A stretch of 64,000 bases of DNA from an uncultured Verrucomicrobiae bacterium (GCA_963735805.1 CAVTMK010000001.1:96001-160000); one strand, 5' to 3'. Counted from the stretch's first letter, positions 51,543 to 62,470 are shown. Translations and numbers: made by a program. The notes: generated from the letters alone by a model not told the origin.

Positions 51543-51615
51543 CGAGCTTTCGAATGCTCGAGTTGACGAACCGACCCACGCCAGGAACGGAATCTGACAC
51601 CACGCTACAACAATC

Positions 51616-52746
51616 CTATTTTGGCGACACAGTTGGCAACGCTCGCAGAATCAAATTTCCCAGCCAATCCGGGTTCGCTACGCCTTCGCGGTATGCTCGG
51701 AGTGCTTCGACGGAAGAGTTCACGCGCAGGTTGCTGTAAGATCCATCGGCGTTTTGCCAGCGCTCATGCCAGTAAATCGCTGCCTTGATTCGCGGATAAC
51801 GCGTTCGAAATAGCTTAAGCCCGTGCCTGATCCATTCGGCCTTGCTCACCCCGCCGCCCTCCGCCGAATGCGGGAACTCACCCGTCGCCCACTCAGCGAT
51901 CATAATCGGTTTATGCGGATCGAGTCTGCTTATCTCCTCGTATGGCCAGTCGACCAGCGAAGGAATGTCCGGGTTTGGCTCGTCCTTATATTGCTGACCG
52001 TAAACGCTCAGGCCGAGCCAATCGACGTAATCGGATCCGGGGTAATACGCTGGCGCGCAGTTCCAGGTTTCGTACGGATAGGGATAGTTATTCGTGTGAA
52101 ACATCCATTTGATATTTGAAGCGCCCCGCGCCCGGGCGCGATCAACGACGTAGCGAAATGCTTTACGGAAGGTCTCCGGACCTTTCCAACTGTTTTTGTC
52201 TTTCTCCCACTGGCCACCGCCGTAATAAGCTCCAGACCACGGAAACCAAGTGCCATTCATTTCGACGCCGAACACGACGATCATCGGATGACCAAAATTC
52301 CGAGCGGCGTCGGCCCACTTGTCGATGTACGCATCCCATCTGCCGGCAAGGATCTCGGTCAAACTAAACTTGTCCGGCCCATGATCTTCTTCATACGGTT
52401 TGTCCCACGGCGACCAAAACACTAGCGGCAGTGATCCGTGCCGCCAGATGACATTGAGATTTCCTATCGGAAAATTTTGTTCTCCCCAGTAACTGGACGA
52501 AGCGATGATGGCTTGGTGTTTGCCGACCATTTTCTCGAAATCCTCGATTGTTTCCAGAGTGACGTCGTCCTCCTCGTCGCCAAAATCCATGAATGCGCCG
52601 GTGTATGCACCATGTTCGGGAATTACAACCTCGACCGGTCCGTTTGGATCAAGATGTTGAACTGCGGCGCCCCGGCGGCATCCGGTTAGAACAAAGCTCG
52701 CCGCCATCAGTGCAACAACGGATGTGAAAATTGCATAAGCACGCAT
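51616..52746 (-). CDS. Glycoside hydrolase family 26-like lipoprotein
   Basis: LTGC lipobox; G.WDAYI, EMNGTWFPW, YYPGSDYVDWLG, KPIMIAEWA; ATG at 52746. Confidence 0.85.
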   Translation of the reverse strand: MRAYAIFTSVVALMAASFVLTGCRRGAAVQHLDPNGPVEVVIPEHGAYTGAFMDFGDEEDDVTLETIEDFEKMVGKHQAIIASSSYWGEQNFPIGNLNVIWRHGSLPLVFWSPWDKPYEEDHGPDKFSLTEILAGRWDAYIDKWADAARNFGHPMIVVFGVEMNGTWFPWSGAYYGGGQWEKDKNSWKGPETFRKAFRYVVDRARARGASNIKWMFHTNNYPYPYETWNCAPAYYPGSDYVDWLGLSVYGQQYKDEPNPDIPSLVDWPYEEISRLDPHKPIMIAEWATGEFPHSAEGGGVSKAEWIRHGLKLFRTRYPRIKAAIYWHERWQNADGSYSNLRVNSSVEALRAYREGVANPDWLGNLILRALPTVSPK

Positions 52747-52882
52747 CGAGCGCGCAAGTTCTCCAAAAAAGAGCGAAGTGTCCAGCGGCGCCAGTCCATT
52801 ACTCCATCTGGCCGACGGAATTTCGTTGACCGAAGAAGCCCAGATATGAGAAGAATTACGAAACCTCCAGCGGAGACAAGAA

Positions 52883-53476
52883 GTGAACAAAGAAGTCCTC
52901 ACGGTTCTGGCCTTGTCTTTCGCGTCAGCCGCTTTAGCTGACGACTTCAGAACGACTGATGGAAAAGTGTACAAGGATGCCATTGTCAACCGCGTCGAGC
53001 CCGACGGCGTTGTTGTGAAAACCAAATCAGGGATCTCAAAGCTATACTTCGCCGAACTCCCAAAAGACGTACAGGAACGCTTCGGTTATGACCCGCAAAA
53101 AGCCAGTGCATATTCTGCGGAGCAAGCCGCCAATTACGCTGTCTATCAAAAACAGCAGGAGCAGGTGCAACGTCAACAAGAAGTCGTGGCGGCGCAGAAA
53201 AAAGCTACGTTCGCTCAACAACAATCAGTAACGAATCGCTTTCAGGTGTTGCAGGACCGTTACGCAGCGCTTCAGCATCAGGAAGACGACTTGCTTCTCC
53301 GAATCGGCGAAGCCAAAAAGCCGGGCCCGGCTTACCGGGGTGGTAAAAACAATAAGACGCTGCTTCACAGCCCTAATCCGCAAGCATCGCAGCTTCCGCT
53401 CCTCCAGAGTCATCTAAAGGACGTTCGTCACGAAAAGGACCAGATCAGGAAGCAATTGGAGAAAGCGCAGCGGTAG
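52883..53476 (+). CDS. Hypothetical secreted coiled-coil protein
   Basis: Signal peptide; DDFRTTDGKVYKDA...RVEPDG...LP.DVQERF.YDP; Gln-rich coil. Confidence 0.75.
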   Translation: MNKEVLTVLALSFASAALADDFRTTDGKVYKDAIVNRVEPDGVVVKTKSGISKLYFAELPKDVQERFGYDPQKASAYSAEQAANYAVYQKQQEQVQRQQEVVAAQKKATFAQQQSVTNRFQVLQDRYAALQHQEDDLLLRIGEAKKPGPAYRGGKNNKTLLHSPNPQASQLPLLQSHLKDVRHEKDQIRKQLEKAQR

Positions 53477-53524
53477 GAACGACGAAAGCGAACGCGTCGG
53501 CGTTTCACACTCCGAAAGCACTTC

Positions 53525-55765
53525 GTGCGAAATTCTTCGAGTCATCAATCTCGTTTTGCCAAAGCTCGCCGCGGGACGAGTTGGTGTCGCCGAAGCGAGT
53601 GGACTTTCGAAGCCCGATGCGTCCTCGCATCGGTTGCTCTCTCCGGGATCGGCCTCATCCAAATAGCATCACAAACTGAAGCGCGCGCCGACAAGGAGGC
53701 ATTTGCGGTTTCTGCCGTTGTCCTTGCCGATCATTCCGTAAACCAGTGTGTGCCAACTCAAGCATTAGGCGCGGGCGTGGACGGTCATGAGAAAGGTGAA
53801 TGCGCGCAGATGTTCACGGATAAGAACATCGCCGAGATGCGATCGGCTGGATTCGGTCCGCTGACGTATCGATTGCGCACCGAACTTGCCGGCGAAGTCT
53901 GGCATTGGAACCCGCGAGGCACCTGGAGTGATCCGGTTCGTCAGTGTGGATACTGGACCTCGGACGATTCGCTCGGCGAACCGATTAACCTTTCCTACGG
54001 CTATCGTTTGCCGCGACGCGGAAATACCATCGATCAGGCAAATGATGACGGTTATTCACGGATCGCTGACGGCGACGAAAAATCTTTTTGGAAAAGCAAT
54101 CCTTATCTCGATTCGTATTTTACCGATGAACCTGAAAATGCTCATCCGCAATGGGTGGTGATCGATCTGGGCGCGATGAAACCGGTTAACTCCGTTCGAA
54201 TTCATTGGGGCGCCCAGTACGCCGAGCAATTCAGAGTGGAATACTGGAGCGGAAACGATCCGATGCATTTGCACGCCGACCAGAAAGACGATTGGCGTCC
54301 TTTTCCAAGTGGAAAAGTGAACCGCGGATCAGGCGGTTATGAATCTGTCCGGCTCTGTTCAAAAGCAGTTCCCGCTCGTTTCGTGCGCGTTGTGATGAAT
54401 CGGAGTTCGCAAACAAGCGTACAAACGTCCAATGATATTCGCGACCGGCTGGGATTTGCGATTCGCGAGATCGAGCTCGGAAAGAGCGACACCCACAATC
54501 GTTTTGATGATTACGTCCGTCACGCGCCCGACCGGTCTCAACAGACAGTGATCTACGTGTCGTCGACCGATCCCTGGCATCGGGCCGAGGACATCGATTA
54601 CAAAATCGAGCAACCGGGGCTCGATTTCATCTTGCGCAGCGCGCTTACGAACGCTTTGCCCGTTCTTGTGCCTGTTGGCGTCTTGTATGATACGCCGGAA
54701 AATGCTGCTGCCGAGATCAGTTATCTGTTAAAAGAAAAGTATCCCCTCGAAGGCATCGAATTAGGCGAAGAACCTGATGGCCAGTGGGCGTCGCCCGAGG
54801 ATTATGGTGCGCTTTATGCCGGTATCGCGCGCCGCCTCTCCATGCTCAGTCCGCTTTTGAAACTCGGAGGACCAAGTCTGCAGAGTTTCGACGAAGAACT
54901 TCTCACGTGGCCCGACGCAGCAGGCAACCGCTCGTGGATGAATCGATTTCTCAAATACGTTCGCACCACCGGCGTACCTTTCGATTTTTGTTCCTTCGAA
55001 TTCTATCCCTTCGACAACATCTGCGCCGATGCAGCGCCACAGCTATTGGAAACTCCAAAGCGTCTCGGCAGAATGATGACTAGCCTGCGAGCAGATGGGG
55101 TTTCTACGGGAATTCCATGGCTAATGACAGAATACGGCTACTCTGTTTTTGCCGGACGCCACGAGGTAGATATCCAGGGCGCTCTCTTCGGCGCAGACAC
55201 GGTGGGAACATTTCTAACACTCGGCGGGTCCAAGCCTTACTTATACGGATACGAGCCAAACTACCTCCAGGACGAGCTGAAGTGTTCCTGGGGCAATCTG
55301 ATGATGCTCCAACTCAACCCAGGCAGCGATCAACTTAATCGGCTATCGGGCTACCATGCTGCCAAACTGATCGCGCGAGAATGGATGCAACCAACAAATG
55401 AGACACATAAGATATTCCCTGTAGCTATAACACAGCAGAAGCCGACGTTATCGCGGATTGTCACTGTCTATGCGGTACGACGACCAGACAAACAATGGGC
55501 TTTGCTGGCGATTAACAAGGATCCCGACCGCGCAGCGCGACTTGTTGTGCAGTTTAGGCTTCCTGGTACACAGCGAGAGGACAGCTTTGTTGGCGACGTG
55601 GATGTTATCCAGTTCTCCCGCGAGCAATACGTGTGGCACGACAATGGACCAAACGGATACCCTAGCCCTACTCTTCCGCCCGCGCACTTCACCCAAAAAG
55701 CGTCTTCATTCTACGATCTGCCACCGTATTCGCTCACTGTCTTGCGCGGAAGGCTTCTGGATTGA
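53525..55765 (+). CDS. Discoidin (F5/8 type C) domain-containing putative glycoside hydrolase; start uncertain
   Basis: [23 protein letters not shown]32-like motifs within a barrel carrying ELGEEPD and MTEYG. Confidence 0.72.
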   Translation: MRNSSSHQSRFAKARRGTSWCRRSEWTFEARCVLASVALSGIGLIQIASQTEARADKEAFAVSAVVLADHSVNQCVPTQALGAGVDGHEKGECAQMFTDKNIAEMRSAGFGPLTYRLRTELAGEVWHWNPRGTWSDPVRQCGYWTSDDSLGEPINLSYGYRLPRRGNTIDQANDDGYSRIADGDEKSFWKSNPYLDSYFTDEPENAHPQWVVIDLGAMKPVNSVRIHWGAQYAEQFRVEYWSGNDPMHLHADQKDDWRPFPSGKVNRGSGGYESVRLCSKAVPARFVRVVMNRSSQTSVQTSNDIRDRLGFAIREIELGKSDTHNRFDDYVRHAPDRSQQTVIYVSSTDPWHRAEDIDYKIEQPGLDFILRSALTNALPVLVPVGVLYDTPENAAAEISYLLKEKYPLEGIELGEEPDGQWASPEDYGALYAGIARRLSMLSPLLKLGGPSLQSFDEELLTWPDAAGNRSWMNRFLKYVRTTGVPFDFCSFEFYPFDNICADAAPQLLETPKRLGRMMTSLRADGVSTGIPWLMTEYGYSVFAGRHEVDIQGALFGADTVGTFLTLGGSKPYLYGYEPNYLQDELKCSWGNLMMLQLNPGSDQLNRLSGYHAAKLIAREWMQPTNETHKIFPVAITQQKPTLSRIVTVYAVRRPDKQWALLAINKDPDRAARLVVQFRLPGTQREDSFVGDVDVIQFSREQYVWHDNGPNGYPSPTLPPAHFTQKASSFYDLPPYSLTVLRGRLLD

Positions 55766-55848
55766 CGGCGCGGCACCGCGCGCGTGCCTAGCTTGTTGGT
55801 CGATGCTTTCACGGCTTTCGCCGCAAAGCCTGCCTCGATGTTGAACGT

Positions 55849-56742
55849 TTACGGAAGTTCTATAACACTGCCCAACCCGGCGTAGAGATACTGATCACCG
55901 AACGCCTTGCGAAAAGCCGTAAAAGCTGGCTCTCCGGTGCAATGCCCCGGCGCCATGCGATCAATTTTCCATTGATCGTGCAACGCCGCGGCGATACGTC
56001 CAATTTCCGGGTCTGGAGTTGTTACCAAATGGAGTCCTCCGAAAACAAGATGAACATGCTTATCCACCGCAATTGATGCTTCCAGTATCTTTTCAATTCC
56101 CGGATGTGAGCATCCGACTCCCAAGACCACACCCTTGGGCGACTTAATCGCCAGCGATAGTTCGCGAAGTTCCAGCGTCCCCGGATTCTGCGAGACTGTC
56201 GCAATCAAAAAGATTCCTGGCACCACTTCAATTAGGTTATCAACCCAGACAAAGTTGGCGTTTGGCCAAGGCGTGCCGAATATCATCTTGTCGGGGGCCT
56301 GCCCATCATAATAACGCATATAAACAGGCAGCGACTCATCCTTTCGATAGAAAGTTCCTGGCAACGCTGCGCCGAACACTCCAAATCCTTCCTTTGGTGC
56401 GTAGATTTTTACACCCGGATTGACACTTAAAAGATAGTTCAGGCCGCTCGTATGATCTCCATGTCGATGGGAAATTACAACGAAATCTAGTTTCTTGAGA
56501 TCGATACCTAATGCTTTGACATTCCGGCCAAAAACATCGGCGTTGTTACCGGTGTCGAAAAGGATACGCTTGCCGCTATATTCGATAAACGCAGAGAATC
56601 CCCAGTCCTTCTTCAGCTGGGAGGACTTTCCAAAAGCATCATAGAGGATAGTGACTCGATTCTCAGGCCGGACAGCTAATGCGGCCATGTTTGATAAAAG
56701 AATAGCTGCCACAATAAAATAAAGACTTGTTCGGGTTCTCAT
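55849..56742 (-). CDS. MBL-fold metallo-hydrolase with signal peptide
   Basis: WGFSA, ILFDTG, SHRHGDHTSGL, GCSHPGI, GGLHL, PGHCTG; ATG at 56742. Confidence 0.88.
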   Translation of the reverse strand: MRTRTSLYFIVAAILLSNMAALAVRPENRVTILYDAFGKSSQLKKDWGFSAFIEYSGKRILFDTGNNADVFGRNVKALGIDLKKLDFVVISHRHGDHTSGLNYLLSVNPGVKIYAPKEGFGVFGAALPGTFYRKDESLPVYMRYYDGQAPDKMIFGTPWPNANFVWVDNLIEVVPGIFLIATVSQNPGTLELRELSLAIKSPKGVVLGVGCSHPGIEKILEASIAVDKHVHLVFGGLHLVTTPDPEIGRIAAALHDQWKIDRMAPGHCTGEPAFTAFRKAFGDQYLYAGLGSVIELP

Positions 56743-56868
56743 CGTTGTGTTTTCGCGTTCGATTTCTGACGGGACCTCGCTGAGGTTCGGGGGACTTTGA
56801 AGACCAAGGTGCACCCGGCTCGCGTAGTTGCAACAAAGTGCCGAACCCTAGGTAGGTCGCCCGAAGGG

Positions 56869-57963
56869 TTATCGCGCGGAGCTATTCTCTTTAACAAGCA
56901 TCATCTGCGCGAGAGGTATCGTCATTCGAACCGGCGCTGCCGCGAGCCGTGCAGCCAGGCCGGCTTCCAACTCGTCGATGAAGTTTGCCGAACGTGCCTT
57001 ACCGAGCCCTCCATCCAGGTTCGCTGCGAGTGTTGGGAATACCGAAGCCCGGCAAAAAGCAGCCCATTCCGCGCCAAATACGTGAGCGTCATGGCTCGCC
57101 TCGAATTGCGTCCAGATCCGATCTTCGCTATGAAATAACTCGAAATCCGCGATAGACAGATCTGCAAACTGCCCGGTTTTCGCAAATGGCTCCGTAAATT
57201 GGGCTCGGGTTCGACCCACAGTGGGAATGACCATCCGTCGAAATTCTTCCTTCCGAATGAGGCCGCGATTGACCATGTCGATTAGTATCTCGTAAATCGC
57301 ATCCGGTATAGGACGATAACCAAAGTCACCGTTGTCATCAATCGCCATTGTCACCACGACCAACCGGCTACCTGATCGCAACTCCCGACTGCGCATGGCA
57401 AGAAACGTTCGCCAGTCTTCCGCTGCTTGTTGGTCAAACGCACTGCGCGCAGCCGAGTCGTGGCTGTAGGCGACTTGCACCTGGTCTGGAATCGCGCATG
57501 GCACCTGGCTCAACCATTGAACCGCCCACGCGCTCCATCCCAGTGTCACGCTGGACGATGGCAGGATCTGCCCGAAGTAGGAACGCCCGACGGCGGCTGG
57601 AAATGCGGCGGGATCGTTACGAAGATAGCTGTCCGGATCGTTCGCGAGCGTTTGGAAAAGCGCCGTGAAATCGTTGCCAGGCAAGTCAGTGTGAAAGACT
57701 ACAAGCGCTCGCTCTCGACCGACGCGTTCCCTGAGTGCGCGGATCACCGCGGCGATTGGCGGAAGTGAATTATATCCTTCAGAGGAACCATAGTCCACGA
57801 CGACTACCGGTTCCGGCGACGGCGGCAACGCCGTGGTGTGAGCTGCACGTTCCAAAAGCGCCATCGCAGGCAACGAACCGGCCGCCTGCACGGACGAGCT
57901 TCGATTGTATGCGCCCTTTCCCTCCATCGGCGCGGGCTGAATAAACTTGGACGACTCAGTCAT
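56869..57963 (-). CDS. SAM-dependent carboxyl methyltransferase (SABATH / Methyltransf_7 family)
   Basis: MEGKGAYN..S..Q, DYGSSEGYNS, DLPGNDF..LF, GRSYF.QILP, AVQWLSQVP, DWRTFL.MR..EL. Confidence 0.85.
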   Translation of the reverse strand: MTESSKFIQPAPMEGKGAYNRSSSVQAAGSLPAMALLERAAHTTALPPSPEPVVVVDYGSSEGYNSLPPIAAVIRALRERVGRERALVVFHTDLPGNDFTALFQTLANDPDSYLRNDPAAFPAAVGRSYFGQILPSSSVTLGWSAWAVQWLSQVPCAIPDQVQVAYSHDSAARSAFDQQAAEDWRTFLAMRSRELRSGSRLVVVTMAIDDNGDFGYRPIPDAIYEILIDMVNRGLIRKEEFRRMVIPTVGRTRAQFTEPFAKTGQFADLSIADFELFHSEDRIWTQFEASHDAHVFGAEWAAFCRASVFPTLAANLDGGLGKARSANFIDELEAGLAARLAAAPVRMTIPLAQMMLVKENSSAR

Positions 57964-58001
57964 GCCTACTCTCTCAGAACATATATCACGCCAGCGCCTG
58001 A

Positions 58002-58400
58002 TTAGGCATTCTGTTCATCATCAAGTATGGCATCAGCTTCGAACTCGACTAACCAATCGGGATCAATAAACCTTGTTACCTGCATAACTGTGTTCGCGGG
58101 TCGAATCTCGCCAAAGAACTCGCCATGAACTGCGGCGACTGCCTCCCAGTCCTCGATCCTCACAAGCAGCGTGCGAGTGCGAATCACCTGAGCCAGCGAA
58201 ACGCCAGCCTTTTCCAATGCGGAAGCAATGATCTCAAGGCATCGCCTCGCCTGCAGCGCGGGATCCCCGACGCCGATGGTGCGCCCATCCGGACCAAGCG
58301 GAGCGGTCCCGGAGACCGCAATAACGTTTCCGACCCGCACAGCTCGTGAGATGCCAACCTTCGGCTCGTATGGGCTACCGCTGGAGATGAGTTTGCGCAT
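58002..58400 (-). CDS. RidA/YjgF family protein (cassette-like)
   Basis: SRAVRVG...VSGT, RPANT, LVEFEADA; stop codon lies in GCCTAAT. Confidence 0.9.
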   Translation of the reverse strand: MRKLISSGSPYEPKVGISRAVRVGNVIAVSGTAPLGPDGRTIGVGDPALQARRCLEIIASALEKAGVSLAQVIRTRTLLVRIEDWEAVAAVHGEFFGEIRPANTVMQVTRFIDPDWLVEFEADAILDDEQNA

Positions 58401-58422
58401 GATTATATAGACAACCGATTAC

Positions 58423-58574
58423 CTCTAACGAAAAAGAGACAAGTCATACCTAGCGTTTTAATAAAGCCAGCCGGAACGGGTGGAGTATAAGTGGGAAACC
58501 GAAGATCGAATGAGCCTGATGGGTGAGTCACGTTGCATCGTAATGGCGCTTTCGGTCTCGTCGTATGGTTAACG
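58423..58574 (-). mobile_element. Degenerate attC site
   Basis: Minus strand CGTTAAC (contains the upstream stop) ... CTTGTCTCTTTTTC-GTTAGAG, 152 bp, just ahead of the RidA start. Confidence 0.6.
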
Positions 58575-59047
58575 CGCGCCCATGTCATGAATTCGACCCG
58601 AAAACGAGAGAATGCAAAGTAAGGCGAAGGCTGTGACAAAGACCCCGTGAAAGCTCACGTGCAACGTGTCCGGTCGAATGCCGTTGCGGGCTGGAAGGAA
58701 TGCGTGTGTTTGTGCGAACCGGACTCGGTAACGCTCAGTGCGCAGCGGGTCTTTTACAAAAAGATAAGGAACCCACAAGTTCGGAGCACGCCGTATAGGC
58801 CAGTACCGTAACTCAGCCACAGCAACCACAGTAACCAAGCCGGAAAGTGAGCTTTAACATAGTAAACGCTCGCAGCAAATGCGACTGCAAATGGCAGCGT
58901 ACTGAGCGTTGTGACAAAAAGGAGCTTTCCCGTCGTGTCCGCTGCGCGAATGCCTTCGAGATTGTTTAACTTACCGAGAGGGATCCAGTCATGCAGCGCG
59001 ATGAAGAGCACGACAAGCAGTTGACACACAAGAAAGGCGTAAATCAT
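58569..59047 (-). pseudogene. Frameshifted membrane protein cassette (about 159 aa when restored)
   Basis: MIYAFLVCQ...YGVLRT continues in another frame as WVPYLFVKDP...; adding one base near 58776 restores WWVPY. Confidence 0.7.
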
Positions 59048-59115
59048 CGAGCGCCCTAATGAGAGCGAGATAAGGCCCCTGACCACTTGAGGCAAGAGAT
59101 TGGCTTTGTTCGCCA

Positions 59116-59158
59116 GCCTAACGAAAGCCCCCGAGCCGGGTTCATCAACTGGTTAGAC
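59116..59158 (-). mobile_element. Short (43 bp) attC-like site
   Basis: Minus strand GTCTAAC-cagttgatgaacccggctcgggggctttc-GTTAGGC, with consensus RYYYAAC/GTTRRRY cores. Confidence 0.55.
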
Positions 59159-59290
59159 CTACTCGTGTGGCCTGGGTCAGTGTCATCGCAACCCGGCTCC
59201 TGGAATTCTTTACGCCACTGGGCGTGACGATCACCACAGGTCGCTTTCAATCCGTAAGGCGGCTCAATCGATCTGGGGACGATCACTGCA

Positions 59291-59869
59291 CTAATCATTC
59301 AATCCCTTTCCACTAAGAATCTCCTGCATACATTTTTCAACCCTTAACTCCCGGGTTTTGGACTGTTTGGCTCCAGAAAAATAAAGAATGTATCCTCTTT
59401 GCCTTCCCGGCGTCAGTGCATCAAAAGCAGTTTTCAAGGCAGGCACTTCATCTAGTTTATTTTGAAATTCCTCAGGAATAGGTTCCGGATTCCTTTTGTA
59501 ATTTACCTTTAAACCGGCCTTTTCCACTTCAATGGCTTCATAGATATAGGCTTTCAAGATGGGTTCTTTCTCAGTTATTTCTCGCACATCGGTGAACGGA
59601 ATCCGCCGTGCCGCCTGCCAGCCAAATTTTCTAAGGATACTATTGCGATCATTTAACAAGGCACCTTTGCAAAACAGAAGAGCGCAGAATTCTTTAAATC
59701 CCTGTATTATAACTATGTTACTTTTCTGAAACGTGTAACAAGGTTTACCCCACTTCAATTCTTCGGTCAGCCCACAGTCAAGACTGATCCTTCTCAATGT
59801 CTTCATTTCGTTCTGCCACTTTTTGGTTTTTCTTAAATATTCATCAACCTGAGGATTCATTTTATTCAT
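59291..59869 (-). CDS. YdeI/OmpD-associated family protein (DUF1801)
   Basis: MNPQVDEY, EELKWGKPCY, F.KGALL, AFDALTPGRQRGY, KQSKTR; visibly AT-richer than flanks. Confidence 0.9.
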   Translation of the reverse strand: MNKMNPQVDEYLRKTKKWQNEMKTLRRISLDCGLTEELKWGKPCYTFQKSNIVIIQGFKEFCALLFCKGALLNDRNSILRKFGWQAARRIPFTDVREITEKEPILKAYIYEAIEVEKAGLKVNYKRNPEPIPEEFQNKLDEVPALKTAFDALTPGRQRGYILYFSGAKQSKTRELRVEKCMQEILSGKGLND

Positions 59870-59927
59870 TTGTTGATAGACTGAAATAAAGTAAGCCTCG
59901 ATTAGGCAATCTAAAAATCGTGAAGTT

Positions 59928-61751
59928 TCACCGCGTCGCGTTCTTCTTCGCCGTGATCGGCGCGAGTGAAGCAACAATTTCTTCAAAGCGCGGATCGCCT
60001 CGCAGCGGATCCCAAAACGGATCCAGACGTATTTCGCCATAGGAGACGCCTGCGGGAAGTCTTGCCAGTGTTTGCAATTGCTGGATCGCCTCATCGCGTT
60101 CTCCCGTCCACGCACAGATCACCGAATAAAAATAAAGGACTTCTGTGCCGTTGAGGGCATCTTTGGTTGCAGGGAGAAGCTCCACTGCCCTGCGACCTTC
60201 CCGAAGCGCTTCTTCGTTCCGCCCAAGCGATGCATCTATTAAGCCCAGGAAACAGAGCTTCGAAGCGTCATCAGGCGCTTTGCGTACTGCCTCTTCCTGC
60301 TCTGCGCGCGCGCCGCTAAAGGCTGCGGACGCGCCGGCTGCGTCTCCCTTCATTCGAGCGACTAACCCTTTAGCGTAAGCCGGGCTAAATTTGACCGTGC
60401 CGATTCCCCTGGCATTCATCACCGGATAATCCAGCGTGGCGAGAGCGCGCTCGGCGGCCACCGGGTCGCGTTCGTACAGACTCACAAAGAAGCGCGCGCG
60501 CGTCAGATCTCTCGCCGAGGCAGGATTCTCAGCGAGAATCTTTTCGAGAACCGCATGCCATGGACGGGTATCGGCCTGTTCATGGAAGTCGATCCAGACC
60601 GGCAGCAACCGCGCATAATTGTTCCTTGTCGGGAGCGCAAGGCCGCGATTAGCAATCTCTCTGGCTCGTTTATACTCGCGCGCGCAAAGATAGGTGAACC
60701 CCGTCCCGAAAAGGATATCATCATTTCGGGGATCCAACTCCACTGCACGTTCGAGGTTATGAAGGGCATCGTCCCAGCGACCCTGTCTTCGATCGATATA
60801 TCCGTTCAGCTCAAAGATTCGCGCATTGTTTGGCAAAGTGCGTACTGCGACGGTGAGCTCGTCCCGGGCGCGCTCGTAATCGAGGTAACCGTAGTAAAAG
60901 TGCAGGGCGGCGGCGAAATGTGCCTCGCCCGAATCCGGGTTTAATTGCAAAGCGGAATTTACTGCCGACTTGGCTAATTCAAGACGGCCCGGCGAGTGAT
61001 CGAGCGCATTCCAGTAGATCCCGTCGTGGGCTCTGGCCAACTGGCAGTATGCCAGAAGAAAAGTCGGATCCCGCGCGATTGCCTGATTGAGTAACTCGAC
61101 AGCTTTGAAAAGATTCGTCTCGCTGCTGAGGCCGTAATAGAGGGACTCTTCAATCAAAGGGACGGCGTGGACATAAAGGTCGTAAGCAACAAGATCTTTG
61201 GTGGGGTGTTCTTGCATCGCTGTTGTTTCGTAAGCTGAAACCTTGACTCCAAGCCGATTCGCGACCGCTTCCGCCACCTCCGCCTCAATCGCGAACACTT
61301 CATTCAAATCGCGATCGTATTCCCCTGCCCAGACGTGTGTGCCGGTGCGAGCATTCACGAGACGCGCATTGACGTGCACCTTGCCGCCGTAACGCCGCAC
61401 AGTGCCATCCAGCAGGTTTAAAACGCCCAGCGCCCTCCCAACCTGGCGCGGATCCTGATTACCACGGTAATGCATGACGCTGGTGTGGCTGATGACCTTG
61501 AGCTCGGAAATTCTTGCCAGCTTGGTCAAAATGTCGTCCTGCACGCCATCGGCAAAAAATGCGTCGTCGTTGTTATAGCTCAGGTTTTCAAACGGCAAGA
61601 CGGCGATGCTCTTCTCCTTTTTTGCAGCACTTGAGACTGATCCGGCGATTGCCGAATGCTTGCGCAGTGATGGGAAAAGGAAAAACGCCGTGGCGCCGAC
61701 AACCAGGATAGCAACTGCCAGAGCGACAATGGCACGACGCTCTTTACTCAT
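59928..61751 (-). CDS. Membrane-anchored TolB-like/TPR protein
   Basis: TM, KSIAVLPFENLS, FADGVQDDILTKL, AYDLY, TPRs, LDPFWDPLRGDPRF. Confidence 0.88.
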   Translation of the reverse strand: MSKERRAIVALAVAILVVGATAFFLFPSLRKHSAIAGSVSSAAKKEKSIAVLPFENLSYNNDDAFFADGVQDDILTKLARISELKVISHTSVMHYRGNQDPRQVGRALGVLNLLDGTVRRYGGKVHVNARLVNARTGTHVWAGEYDRDLNEVFAIEAEVAEAVANRLGVKVSAYETTAMQEHPTKDLVAYDLYVHAVPLIEESLYYGLSSETNLFKAVELLNQAIARDPTFLLAYCQLARAHDGIYWNALDHSPGRLELAKSAVNSALQLNPDSGEAHFAAALHFYYGYLDYERARDELTVAVRTLPNNARIFELNGYIDRRQGRWDDALHNLERAVELDPRNDDILFGTGFTYLCAREYKRAREIANRGLALPTRNNYARLLPVWIDFHEQADTRPWHAVLEKILAENPASARDLTRARFFVSLYERDPVAAERALATLDYPVMNARGIGTVKFSPAYAKGLVARMKGDAAGASAAFSGARAEQEEAVRKAPDDASKLCFLGLIDASLGRNEEALREGRRAVELLPATKDALNGTEVLYFYSVICAWTGERDEAIQQLQTLARLPAGVSYGEIRLDPFWDPLRGDPRFEEIVASLAPITAKKNATR

Positions 61752-61810
61752 TTACTTGTCTCTCAGCTCACACGGTTCCTGGACATAAACATCCCTTCGA
61801 CAACCCGAAA

Positions 61811-61933
61811 GCCTGACGAGAACAAGATGAACTGAGGCGAGCGAAGGCGCGCGTGGCTACGGGTCCCTGGGTTGGACGCATGTGAAGCTGGATATTACGC
61901 CGGCTCGCGGTCGGCTCCATTGCATGCTTAGGC
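61811..61933 (-). mobile_element. attC site with both core motifs mutated
   Basis: Minus strand GCCTAAG-catgcaatggagccgacc ... gttcatcttgttctc-GTCAGGC, 123 bp, 7 nt after the stop of 61941-62339. Confidence 0.65.
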
Positions 61934-61940
61934 GCTGGCA

Positions 61941-62339
61941 TCAACGCAATGCGCTCCCTTTTTTCCATGCACTGCGCACAAACCAAAGCGTGCCGACTGT
62001 TCCGGAAAGGAGAAAGGCGAATGTTCCCATGCCAATAATGAGAGAGACAACATTCGGCACAGGCCATGGTTCAAAGCCGCGTGCCCGCAGAAGGTTTTTG
62101 TAGTGAAAGGCCTGGTACGCCGCGCTGGCAAACCTGACAAAAAGAATCACCGAGGCGAAGGCATAAAGACCGGAGACTAAGCGATACAGCGCACGATCAA
62201 AGCGCCGTTCAGCTACGTAGGTGGCGATGAGCACCGCGAAGGTCAAGGTAATCCAAATTTGAAAAATGGAATCGGTCAGAGCGAGCGTCGCGTAAAGTGT
62301 GCTGTAAATTGCTTCCTGAGATATTGGAGTCGCGGGCAT
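61941..62339 (-). CDS. Hypothetical membrane protein (integron cassette ORF)
   Basis: 132 aa, three TM-like segments; ATG 7 nt after GTTAGGC; attC follows the stop. Confidence 0.78.
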   Translation of the reverse strand: MPATPISQEAIYSTLYATLALTDSIFQIWITLTFAVLIATYVAERRFDRALYRLVSGLYAFASVILFVRFASAAYQAFHYKNLLRARGFEPWPVPNVVSLIIGMGTFAFLLSGTVGTLWFVRSAWKKGSALR

Positions 62340-62346
62340 ACGGCAG

Positions 62347-62470
62347 GCCTAACGGGATGGAACTGAGCCACCTCTCACGAGAGCGAGCGCGGGAAATATC
62401 GAAAACTGTTTCATAAGATCAAACGTGGACTTCACGACGGACAGCGGTTGGCTTCAGCGACTGGTTAGGC
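62347..62470 (-). mobile_element. Well-formed attC site
   Basis: Minus strand GCCTAAC-cagtcgctgaagccaaccgc ... ggtggctcagttccatccc-GTTAGGC: perfectly complementary cores, inner inverted boxes, 124 bp. Confidence 0.88.

Noticed and set aside
58765..58785. Frameshift considered as programmed recoding
   Set aside because: No slippery sequence; cassette decay or a sequencing indel is simpler.
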